DNA of 44,029 nt from Basidiobolus meristosporus CBS 931.73 (taxonomy: Eukaryota > Fungi > Basidiobolomycota). The stretch spans positions 1-44,029 of the forward strand of contig MCFE01000700.1 in NCBI GenBank assembly GCA_002104905.1. The letters are read 5' to 3'. Shown here in pieces: positions 1-10,433 of this stretch (positions within the stretch are counted from its first letter, which is position 1; every line of letters begins with the position of its first letter). The position numbers and the translations under genes were made by a program. Under the pieces are notes generated by a model. That model saw nothing but the letters and a program-made list of their open reading frames with translations, was not told the DNA's origin and searched no databases.

Positions 1-189
1 CTTTCATGCATACAGTTGATTTATTTCTGTTAAAATTTCAGTTGTACCTCAATTGCCAATACTATTTGCCAATACAAGTCCCTATACCCTGCACTAACAT
101 TAAGCCCAACTCCACACTCAACAAGTAACTCCATTAGAATCCACCACTCAATAAGTATTTCTGCTGTAACACTCTGTTTCCACAACTTT

Positions 190-2077
190 GGAAAGAACCC
201 TATGGCTTTATGTCAATGTTCATTCACTGGTTCCCATACATCCTGGTCTTCAGCCAGCACTGCAAGGTCTAGCTCTTCATCTGCCAACCTTTGCAATAAG
301 TCCTTGCAATATTTAAGTGCATTTTCTTAAGCACTGCTCTTGAGGAAGCTCTGCAACCTCTTGGAGTGCCTATTAATGTTCCAAAATTCCACCAAAGGCA
401 TTGTGATAACCCTTTGAGTTCTTGTAATTATTACTTTGTCTGTCTATGGGATCTCCTCTCTGTCAGCAATGGAGGACATGGAGGCTGTGGTAGACAAGTT
501 GCCTTCCTTGGCACATTCATCTACCTCACTGGAGTGTAGCTCAACTGGCTGCACTTTCAACTCTTGTGTAAACAGCTGTTTTCTTGTTGATAATTCTTCT
601 TGGCTATGATTGCATTCAGTCTGTACTGGGCTTACAGCATAAATTGACAAGAGCTACAGCTTTTTCTCACACTTCCCTGTCTCTGGCTTTAGTAGACTTT
701 TCCCCCCTTTGCCTTTTCCTTTATCAGTAGCAGGTCTTTAAGCACTACTTTGTCTGAGTACTTCTTGTATTAAACTACATTTTCTCCTTGATAAATGCTG
801 CTCTGATGCATCTGTTTTGGCCTGCTTGTCCCTTGATGGCACTCTGCAGGCAATCTGATGCATCTTTCCTGCTTGTTTGAAGCTCTCAGCCCACGCCGTG
901 ATGGGCTCCTGAGGTAGCCACTTGTTTTTATCACTGCCAAGTCCTTCACTGCTATTGTGGCTGTGTAGAACTATGCTTTCCTAGGTAAATGTTGTCCTGG
1001 TGCATCTGTGTCTGCCTGCATCTCCCTTATTCACACTCTTCCAGCTACCTGATGCTGTTTTGATGCTTGTTTAGAGCTTTTGGCCCTGCTTGTAACAGGC
1101 TACTGAGGATGCCACTTGTTCCTAGCCATTGAAACCTTGTTTTTCTACCTTTGATAGTTTCTGCTATTCTTGAGTGAGTTTCTTAGCCTACCAATGCTTG
1201 CCCAAAATCTGTTTGCTTGTTTGAATCCATGATAATGCTCATGGAGCAAGTCAAGCGCATTCCTCTTGGCCTTGAGTTTCTAATAGTCCCATGGTATGCC
1301 AGCCTTAGGGTACTGGCATGCTAGGCTTCTAATGGCCTCTTGATTATTAGCCAACTCTTGATCATTGCACTCAGTGGCTTCACTGATCTTCAATGACTTT
1401 TGATTTTTAGGCTATGGTATAAACACTACATTTTCTCCATCCCATGCTGTGATAGGTTTTCTGTGGGCTTTATCTTTAGGCACTGTTGTTGTGCTTCAAA
1501 GACTGTGCGGTGTTCCTCTGCTGTTATACTGGGAAATGGCTCAATTCTTGGCTACGATGTTGAGCTACTTGAGTTCCTTCTTAGTGGCAAAGATGCTGCT
1601 TTCTCTACCTGGGATATTGTTTGCTCTAAGTACATTATCTGCTTCTCCTGTTTCTGGACTATTTCCTGACTTCTCTGGGCTATTGCATCTATCATATCAG
1701 CCCCTGCACCTAATTGCCTCATTAATGCTTTGGTATGAGCTGACCACATACTTGCTAATACAAGTGGTGATGATATTGTGACAGCCACTTGCTGGTCTTC
1801 AACTCAAGGTATTGCTTTTGCTACATTCTCATCTGCCGCAGCAATATGATCAGCTTAAGGTCCTGCAGAGATTCCTAATTGCCTACTTGACTGAGAGCCT
1901 GAGGAGTCCACATTATTACCTTTGGTGGGCACACTGTCAACATGGCCTTTTTTTGGATGTAGCCCTGCTTGTTGCACTGAATGCCAAAGCAAACTGTTGT
2001 CCAACTGTTCTTCTGCTGCTGTCAGTGGTTGGGATTGGTTGGGAACCAGTCAGCTTTGCTTTATTGTTTGGTGACAT
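190..2077 (-). pseudogene. CACTA-associated ORF2 (unknown accessory protein), multiple stops
   Basis: ATG at 2077 (minus strand). ORF-track fragments 1552..1788 and 444..650 align with ORF2 pieces of copies B and G (7057..7299, 8492..8698, 29757..30566). The 3' end is approximate. Confidence 0.7.
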
Positions 2078-2299
2078 AAATATGGAAGTGAGTTAAACCA
2101 AAGGGGAAATGGTGTTATATATATGTGTGTATGTGGTACCAGAACTTTATCTATTATGCGTTACTATGGCTGGTTATCATTAAATCTTACATTCATGTAG
2201 GTGCAATGTCTCAAATACAAGACTGCTTAAATTTACATGAGTATTGATTAAAAAGTGATATAATAGCATTAAGTTGTTGTGTGTCAAACTGTTTGCCCC

Positions 2300-3259
2300 A
2301 TGGACCAGACTACTTTGATTCAATGCCATAAGAGAAGAGAAAAAAGACCATGTGGCAATTGTAGCAGCCTCTCAGCCTTGTAGCATGCAGACAGCATAGG
2401 AAGTATTACAACAATCACAGCCAGTATTTTGCCACACAAGTCATATTTAAGCATGCAGCAGTTACTACTGTACCAACAATATCTTGCCGGCTTCTTGATA
2501 CTTCTATAATGGTATCTAGCTGTACTTGCCACCTAGTGTAAACTGAGTCAGGAGAGTTTGTGACACCTTTTAAGCTCACCCCAGCTTTCTGAATATGGCA
2601 TGCAAAGGTGATAGATCTGAAGAAGCAGGCTCACTGATGGATTGTGAGCCTATCTTCCCTAACAACAGTACCCTCCATGAGCCTGGCAAAATCCCATTAT
2701 TCAATGAGACAACACCTGTGGAAAAAATGCCAAGTATACTTTATGGAGTCAAGTTAGCCCGGCAATCCATCTACTGGTGAATGATGTGATGTTGTGGCAA
2801 GAGAAGTGTTGCATTTACACTATATCAGTAATGGTGGCTTTGAGGACTTATTGCTACTTCTTGCCAAAATCATCATGGGATGCAACCTACCATTTACATG
2901 GTATAAATGGAAAGCCATCATGTGGCTGCAACATATGACCCAGAGACTGTCCTGACACCAGTATGTGTTAACAATTGCATGGCACTCATATCAGAAAATG
3001 CCACCATTGCAAGGTGTCCAACTTGTCTGGAATCCACCACCATTGGAAGAAGACACTATTCACACTCAGGATACATTCTGGTAATACCGCATAAAAAGAA
3101 GCTCATGCAGTCCAACAAATATTGTGAAGCTATAAAGTACTGTACTCAGTATCAATCAAGCGCAAACCTATCAGATATATTTAATGGCAAACAATCAAAC
3201 ATCTAAGAAGCAAGGGCTACTCTGAACGTATGTATGACCATGCCTTTCCCTTGACATGT
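2300..3259 (+). pseudogene. CACTA-type transposase, N-terminal fragment (copy A)
   Basis: ATG at 2300 (MDQTTL...). YDPETVLTPVCVNNCMA...RCPTC cysteine motif in ORF 2907..3206. Breaks off near the YDHAF segment, just before the first catalytic D. Confidence 0.8.
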
Positions 3260-3272
3260 CCCTATGAAAAAT
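3260..3272 (+). repeat. Terminal inverted repeat, transposase-side end of CACTA copy B
   Basis: CCCTATGAAAAAT, exact reverse complement of 10421-10433. Confidence 0.9.
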
Positions 3273-3764
3273 AATATGGTCCTGCAGGTGGATCCAATCT
3301 GGATCAGCTGTCAGGATCTCATTTAGAGACCATCATAATACCAGCAGCTTGGAATTAGTGACACTCTTAACAATCTTATGACAGGATCACAACAGTGATT
3401 TGCTAACATACCTGCAACAATTGACATACTTCTATCAGCTCAACTTTACAGCTTTTTAGTGTGATACTTGCAAAGTTGCCCTATTCCTTGTATTGCTGGT
3501 AACATATACATCTTGCAAATATGTGCTTGGTTGTGCCACTTCTGCCATGAATACCTCCTGAATATCTGCAAAGAACTTCTTGGACATTTAGCCAATATAT
3601 TCTTCTCCCTGCAGATTCTAGTCCCTATTATAGATGCGCTGGGCTTTTGTTTGTGTAAATTCCATTATTGAATGGTAAAGAAGTTGACTTAATGACCAAG
3701 AGAAATCTGGCATACCTTAGTAGAGTTTTCATAATAAAATTATTTGCTTGTTGCACCCAGCCCA

Positions 3765-6009
3765 ACTTTGCATTACTTAACTGATAGCCCATGCATTGGG
3801 GCTGCTTAGCTTCTTAATACCATAGGCATGGGTGTCTCCATGTGCACATTTGCCCTCAGTGTTTTCCAACTCTTCCTGACTCTCCTCCATGTGCCAACTC
3901 ATTACTTCCATGCCAGACTATGAAGTTAATATTCTTGATGAGATTGGGATATGGTAGTACCTACAACTTGATATGTCTTCCTATCTCTCCACACATCTGC
4001 TCCATACAAAACTCCTAAAAGGTGAAGCAAGGCCCAATATTCTCTACACACCATGCAAGATGGAGTAGAGAATGAATACAGTAGTGGCAGAGATCTACAC
4101 ATTCAGCTTTATGCTTGTAGTATAGCCACTCAAATCCTGACACAAACACTTCACACAACAGCTGAAGATGCATCAAGTTGGCGTTGGTGATTTGCTTCTA
4201 GATAAATATTCCTACAATATCCACATATCACCCCCAATGCAGTCCAATGTACTCTTGGTAGGAATGGCTTCAGAACACCACATGAATAAATACATACTCA
4301 TTTCATCCAGTCTTTACATATGTATTGTTGCATATCCGTATGAATATTAATTGAAGCCTGTGAGAAGTACTTATGGTAGCAGATACTCCGTAATATCTTG
4401 CAAATTCTGTTAAATTCCTCAGGTATCTCAAAGGGCTCATTTGGCTTGAAATGCGCCATGCACAACTTGGTTGTCAGTATAGGGATATTGTGGAAAAGCA
4501 AATGCATTGCTCCCAGTAGAAAGCTTTTGCTCCAACAGATACCTTTATCTTAAGTATCTCCGGTTAACAATTGATTGCAGATTCTGGCCAATGACTTATA
4601 GCTTGCTAACTATGCTGCAATTGCATGCTTACTTCTGTACATTCTTTCTGTGAAAGATGATGTTCTTGGTGCTGGTGTTTGGGAAATAATAATGTGTGTT
4701 GGATTATGGAGTAAATCCCCTGGATCTCACACATTTGACAGCAATACCATCCATTGTGCCTGGAAAAGCCTGCTATCTTGCTGATGGCTGGGGTATCTCC
4801 AATGCAGATAATAATATACACCTTTACATGGCAGCTATTTACTGTTATCCTGCTGGAAAGAATACAAAACTCATCCAGCAATGGACACAGGTAGCTATCC
4901 AGGTTGGGTGGTGATTTAGGCCCAGATACCAGTCAGACTTCCATCAGATTATTGTTCTGATACCATCAGATGAGTGGCAGACTTAGATTGATGAGAATCA
5001 GTGACCAGCAGGATTTGCTGGTAGTGTACTTGTTTAATAAAATCCATCAAGTGCTAAAGCAAAGGCATGGTCATACATACCTTCAAAGTAGCCCTTGCTT
5101 CTTAGCTGTTTGTAATGTTTGCCATCAAATATATTGGATATGTTTGCACTTGATTGGTACTGGGTGGGGTACTGTATAGCTTTGCAATATTTGTTGGACT
5201 GCATCAGCTTCCTCAGATGGGGTATGACTGAAACATATCTGGAGTATGAACAATGTTTTGCCTCAATGGTGGTGGATTCCTGACAATTTGGACAAGTTGC
5301 AATGGCAATATTTTGGATGTGAATGCCATGCAACTGTTAACACATGCTGGAATCAGGACAGTCTCTGGATCATATGCTGCCAGCAGCATGACAGTTGTCC
5401 ACTTGTACCATGTACATGGTAAGTTGCATCCCAGTATGATTTTGGCAAGAAGCAGTAATAAATCCTCAAAGCCCCCATTACTGATATTAGTGGAAACATG
5501 CCACTACTCTAGCTACAATATTGCCTCATTCACCTGTAGATGGATTACTGAGCTCACTTGGCTCCATAGAGTATCCTTGGCATTTGTTTCAACGGGTGTT
5601 GTCTCACTGCATACAGGTATCTGACTGGGCCCATATTGGCACTGTTGTTAGGGGAGATAGGCTCAAAATCCATCAGTGAACCTTCTTTGTCAGAGCTATT
5701 GCTCTGCATGCTATATTCAGAAGGCTGAGGTGAGCCTAAGGGCATCACAAACTGACCTAACTCAGTTTGCAAAAGGTGACAATGACAGCCAGGTGCCAAT
5801 ATAGAAGTATCTACTGGCCAGCAAGATAATGTTGGTACAGTAGTGACCAATGAAGGGTCAAATATGACTTGTGTGGCAAATAAATTGCAATGATCCTTGT
5901 AATACTTCCTATGATGTCTACATGCTTCACAGCTGAGAGGCTTGCCACAATAGCCACATGGTCTTTTTTCTCTTCTCTTACAGAGTTGAGTCAAAGTAGT
6001 CTTGTCCAT
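3765..6009 (-). pseudogene. CACTA-type DDE transposase (Tnp2/Transposase_21 plus DUF4218-like C-terminus), full-length but disrupted (copy B)
   Basis: ORF fragments 5554..6009, 5034..5333 (CPNC...HAFALALDGF), 4606..4881 (LDEF...CIGDTPAISKIAGFSRHNGWYCCQMC) and 4298..4507 (MHLLFHNIP). These match known CACTA Tnp2 motifs DGF, GDxPA, HNG-CxxC and MH. The 3' end is approximate. Confidence 0.85.
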
Positions 6010-6123
6010 GGGGCAAACAGTTTGACCTTCAACAATGTAACACTATTATATCACTTTTTGGTCAATACTCATGTGAGCTTAAGCAGTCCTGTATTTCAGA
6101 CATTGCACCTACAGGAATATATT

Positions 6124-6857
6124 AGACTTGTTCCGTTGGATAGTGCCACATTGAGCCATGAGTGCCAAATAGTGCAATAGTGTGGCTGAGAGCCATAGCA
6201 GACCTAAACTTGGCCACAGAGTGTGACATATAGTTCTGCATATTCATGCAAAGCAGCCCCTGTGTTTCACCTACTGTGCAGGAGAAAATCAATTTTTTAA
6301 CCTTTTTTTTGGGATCAAAATTGTGCATGACATAAAAGAGCACAGAAAGACTGAAGATATGCATCTGGTACACAATACCCATGGCACTCTAAATCTAGCC
6401 CCACAGGCTTGTAGCATGTCACAAAAATGCATAGCATTATCTTGGTCCACTGGTACTATCTGGCACTATATTTAAATATTAGCCCTAAAGTAGAACCTAT
6501 ACAAAGCACTTATAGTGCCAGATAGTACCAGTGGACCAAGATAGTGCCATGCATTTTTGTGACATGCTACAAGCCTGTGGGGCTAGATTTAGAGTGCCAT
6601 GGGTATTGTGTACCAGATGCATATCTTCAGTCTGTCTGTGCTCTTTTATATCATGCACAATTTTGATCCCAAAAAAAAGGTTAAAAAATTGATTTTCTCC
6701 TGCACTGTAGGTGAAACACAGGGGCTGCTTTGCATGAATATGAGGAACTCTATGCCACACTCTGTGGCCAAGTTTAGGTCTGCTATGACTCTCAGGCACA
6801 CTATGGCACTATTTGGCACTCATGGCTCAATGTGGCACTATCCAACAGAACAAGTCT
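6124..6857. mobile_element. 734-bp foldback/MITE (copy 1): 347-bp arms, 40-bp spacer, 3-bp TSD (ATT/AAT)
   Basis: Arm 6124-6470 is the near-exact reverse complement of 6511-6857. Termini AGACTTGTTC...GAACAAGTCT. Removing the element and one TSD copy restores colinearity with the empty sites at about 2180-2200 and 27715-27740. Confidence 0.9.
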
Positions 6858-8815
6858 AATATTCAATGATGACCTGCCACAGAAAGCATTATAAATAAAG
6901 TTGTGGCATCACATGCACACATACATGTGACACTATTTCCCCTTTGATTTTACTCACTTCCATATAAATGTTGCCAAAAAATATAGCAAAGTTGGCTAGT
7001 TCTCAACAAACCTCACCGCTGATGGCGGCAGGAGAACAGTTGGATAACATCATGCTTTGACATTCAGTGCACAAAGGAGGGCTACATCCCAAAAATGCCA
7101 TTTGAACAGTATGCCCACTGAAGGTAATAAGGCAGACTCCCCTGGCTCTCCGTCAAGTAGGCAATTGAGAACCTCTGTGGAGCTACAAGCTGAGTGTTAT
7201 GCTCAGGCAGATAAGAATATAGCAAATGCAGTGCCCTCAGTTGAAGACCAGCAAGTGGCCTTCATAACATCACCACCACCCATATTAGCAAGTATGTAGT
7301 CAGCTCATACCAAAGCATAATGAAGCAATTAAGTCTAGTGGCTGATAGGATGGATACAATGGCCCTGAGAAGTCAGGAAATAGTCCAGAAACATGGTGGC
7401 CAGACAATATGTGTAGAGCAATCAAAATCCCAGGTAGGGAAGCAATATCTTTGCTGCAAAGAAGGAACTCAAGTAGCACAATATAATAGCCAAGATTTGA
7501 GCCATTTCCCAATGTAACAGCAGAGGATCACCGTATAGTCTTTGAAGCACAATAACAGTGCTCAAAGATAAAGCCCACAGAAGTACCTATCACAGCATGG
7601 GATGGAGAAAATGTAATGTTTATACCAAAGCCTACAAATCAAAGGACATTGAAGATCTGTGAAGCCATTGAGTGAAATAATGAAGAGCAGACTAATATTC
7701 AAGAGGCTGTCAGTGGTCTAGCACACCATCACCTTAGCACTAGCACACCATCGGACCATCAGGAACTCAAGGCCAAGCAGAATGCACTTGACTTGTTCCA
7801 TGAGCATCATCCTGGATACAAATAGGCTGATGGATTTTGACCAGCATTGGTATGCTAACAAAGTATCTTAACAAAAGCTGAAAGCATCAAAGGCAGAAGA
7901 ACAAGGGTGCCATGGCTAGAAACCAGCAGCTTCCTCAAGAACCCATTTTAAGCTGGGCCAAAAGCTCCAGACACACATCAAAGAGATGTCAGGTAGCTGG
8001 AAGTGTGTCAATTAGGGACAGGTAGGCAGACATGGATGCACCAGCACAACATTTATCAAGGAAAGACCATAGTACCATTCAAGAAGCACTCAGTCAAAGT
8101 AGCAGTGAAGGACCTGGCAGTGGTAAAAACCAGCTGCTTTTACAGTAGCCTGTCACAACTACAGTTAACAGCTCAAAAAGAGCAGAAAAGAAATGTTGGG
8201 TTGCCAGAAGTGTGCCAGCAAGGGACAAGCAGGCCAAAACATATGCATCAGAGCAGAATTTATCAAGTAGAAACTGTAGTTCTTTACAAGAAGCACTCAG
8301 ACAAAGAAGCAGTGAAAGACCTGGCAGTGATAAAGGAAAAGGTAAAGGGAAAAATGTCTACCCAAGCTTGAGACAGGGAGACATGCAAAAAAACTGAAGT
8401 TCTTGATGATTAACTTTGGAAGCCCAGGGCAGACTGAATCCCATCATAGCCAAGAAGAATACCAATATGAAAACAGCTGTTTTCACAAGAGTTGGAAGTG
8501 CAGCCAGTGGAGCTACACTCAAGCAAGGTAGATGAGTTTGCTGAAAAAGACTGTTTGTCTACCACAGCCTCTACATCCTCCATTGCTGACAAAGTGGAGA
8601 TCCCACTGATAGACAAGGCTACAACAGCAAGAGCTCAAAAGACTATCACAATGCCTTCAGTGGAATTTTGGAACATCAATAGGAACACTAAGAGATAGCA
8701 GCACTTCTTCAAGAGCAGTGCTCAAAAAAAAAGCACTTGAATATTGCAAGGATTTTTTGCAAAGACTGGCAGATGAAGTGCTAGACCTTGCAGTGCTGGC
8801 TGAAGACCAGGACAT

Positions 8816-9882
8816 TGAAGTGGGGTCATAGTGACATCCACTGACAGATGTGCTCATTCCTATATTTTCTACTTCCCTATTTCTCACTACCCTTATTTTA
8901 GTTTTATCCCATTTGTCTTACTTGATCAGTACTATCTCATAAGCTGGCTGACTATCACAGCTGCTTACCTTATTGCATAAGTTATCCCTCACATTATGTA
9001 AGATTACTAGATATAAGTGCTTCTATATTAGGCAAGTACCTACCCCAGTACCAGTGACACAAGACAGTCCATGTTACCATCCCTACCATTTTCATACCAT
9101 ATATGGTATTCCTATGTTACACAGGCTTCTTAATACTGATTCCTGATTGGTTGAATGTGCTGTGCCACTTAGAACCTTCCAGCACTTACTTAGAACATTC
9201 ATAGGTTGTTCTGATGTCATTAAGATTTCTATTGATATCTAGAACCTTCTGGAACACCATAATTAGTAATCACTTGGTCAGTAAGAAAAGTACACAAGGG
9301 AGACTATCCCACAACAATAAATCATCATCTCTTTTATCAATATACCAACTTGTAAATTAGTGTGATCACTGCTACCTGCTGCTACCTGAACTTCCAACCC
9401 AGACCACAAGACACTTGCAGGAAACCATGCTGACAGCCAACTGACCCTGGAGGCACTACTCTTGAGGAATACTCAGAGTAGTATCTTTTATTATATTTGA
9501 TTCTTTCCCAAGGTTGTTCTTGTACAGGCAAAGATACTTTTCTGTCTTTGTAACTATTGACCACAGCTGCATTCTTATCAAGTCCCTGCTGGTGGAGTTT
9601 ACAGTTGTTTTGACTTTGGAAGCTTTAGTACATTGTCATCTCAAAGGATGCTGAGCCCAGCACATTCTTTTGTTAAGATGCCAACTAAGTTGGGGATTGT
9701 AGCTCAATAGTTTTCCCTTGACAAGCTTGTGGCTTTATTCCCCTTCACATTAGATTAGAGGCAGAACCCAAGTATTCCTAGCAAGCTTTTGCCAGAGGTT
9801 ATTGCACCAAGTGAACACCCCACACACAAAACACTTGAGAAGTGTTAGATGTAACTCTCCCTTGGACCTATACACCACCACA
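8816..9882 (+). mobile_element. Solo LTR (1067 bp) of the gypsy family at 21130, with 4-bp TSD ACAT
   Basis: End-to-end homology with LTR 21130-22199. TG...CA ends. ACAT at 8812-8815 and 9883-9886. Excision restores GACCAGGACATATGGGAACC, colinear with the empty site at about 229-248 (minus strand). Confidence 0.92.
9172..9254 (+). promoter_or_regulatory. Heat-shock-element-like nGAAn arrays in the gypsy LTR
   Basis: GAAccTTC at 9172-9179, GAAcaTTC at 9193-9200 and a three-unit GAAccTTCtgGAA at 9242-9254. Homologous motifs lie at 21487-21569 and about 37950-38035 (minus). Function is inferred from motif only. Confidence 0.45.
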
Positions 9883-10420
9883 ACATATGGGAACCAGTGA
9901 ATGAACAGTGGCATAAAGCCATTGGGTTCCCCCCCCAAAGTTGTGAAACCAGAGCATTACAGCAGAAATACTTATTGAGTGGTGGATTTTAAAGCAGTTA
10001 CTTGTTGAGCGCAGGGTTGGGCTTAATGTTAGTGTACGGTATAGGGACTTGTACAGGTCAAAACAATTGGCAATTGAGGTACTACTGAAGTTTCAATGGA
10101 AACAAATCAATTTGACGCATGAAAAGTAAGAAAAACTGTTGAGTCAGAAATTAGGGAGTGTGAAAAAGAGGCAATAGCCAATCAATGCACACAAATGTAG
10201 AAGGTGATGGAGTGTATGGGATCAGAAACTGAGCAAATTAGCAGGGAACCAATTAAAAGCCACTTATACATTGTTGTGATGAAACTATTTACCAAGTTTT
10301 TTGTGAAATCTGGGATGTGAGTATTTTCAATGGTCTCTGAACAGTGTCCTGACAGGATCAGTGTCTCTTATTCATGGAACTTTAACTTTGTGTCGGCCTT
10401 TTGATGGGAACATTACAATA

Positions 10421-10433
10421 ATTTTTCATAGGG
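10421..10433 (-). repeat. Terminal inverted repeat, ORF2-side end of CACTA copy B
   Basis: ATTTTTCATAGGG. The homologous end at 30848-30860 also terminates at ...TCATAGGG. Confidence 0.9.

Larger units (their letters stand above)
1..3259 (+). mobile_element. CACTA/EnSpm (CMC)-like DNA transposon, copy A, partial: ORF2 on minus strand, 5' part of transposase on plus strand
   Basis: Colinear homology with copy B (3260-10433) in opposite orientation. For example 1-260 is the reverse complement of about 9890-10140, and 2300-3250 matches 5060-6009. It runs off the window start and is truncated at the TIR of copy B. Confidence 0.85.
6968..9980 (+). pseudogene. CACTA-associated ORF2 (copy B), interrupted by the solo LTR at 8816-9882
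   Basis: ATG at 6968. Fragments 7057..7299, 8212..8397 and 8492..8698. Reading resumes after the LTR as WEPVNEQWHKAIG (about 9888-9925), matching the EPVNEQWHKA motif in ORF 14170..14370. The 3' end is approximate. Confidence 0.7.
3260..10433 (-). mobile_element. Structurally complete CACTA/EnSpm (CMC)-like transposon, copy B (about 5.4 kb net, plus an inserted foldback and a solo LTR)
   Basis: Perfect 13-bp TIRs CCCTATGAAAAAT at 3260-3272 and 10421-10433. Shared subterminal box CTGTCAGGA...AGAGACCAT at both ends. Transposase on minus, ORF2 on plus. No matching TSD because the two flanks are non-contiguous transposase segments. Confidence 0.85.

Noticed and set aside
6123-6858. Classifying the foldback as hAT (TAG termini) or as a TA-TSD Tc1/mariner MITE
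   Set aside because: No 8-bp duplication flanks any copy. Empty-site comparisons are colinear only with AGAC...GTCT ends plus a 3-bp duplication.
6122-6859. Twin 86-aa ORFs (6122..6382 minus and 6599..6859 plus) and similar ORFs at 35608-36151
   Set aside because: They are mirror products of the palindrome arms, have no recognisable motif and are not kept open between copies 1 and 2.
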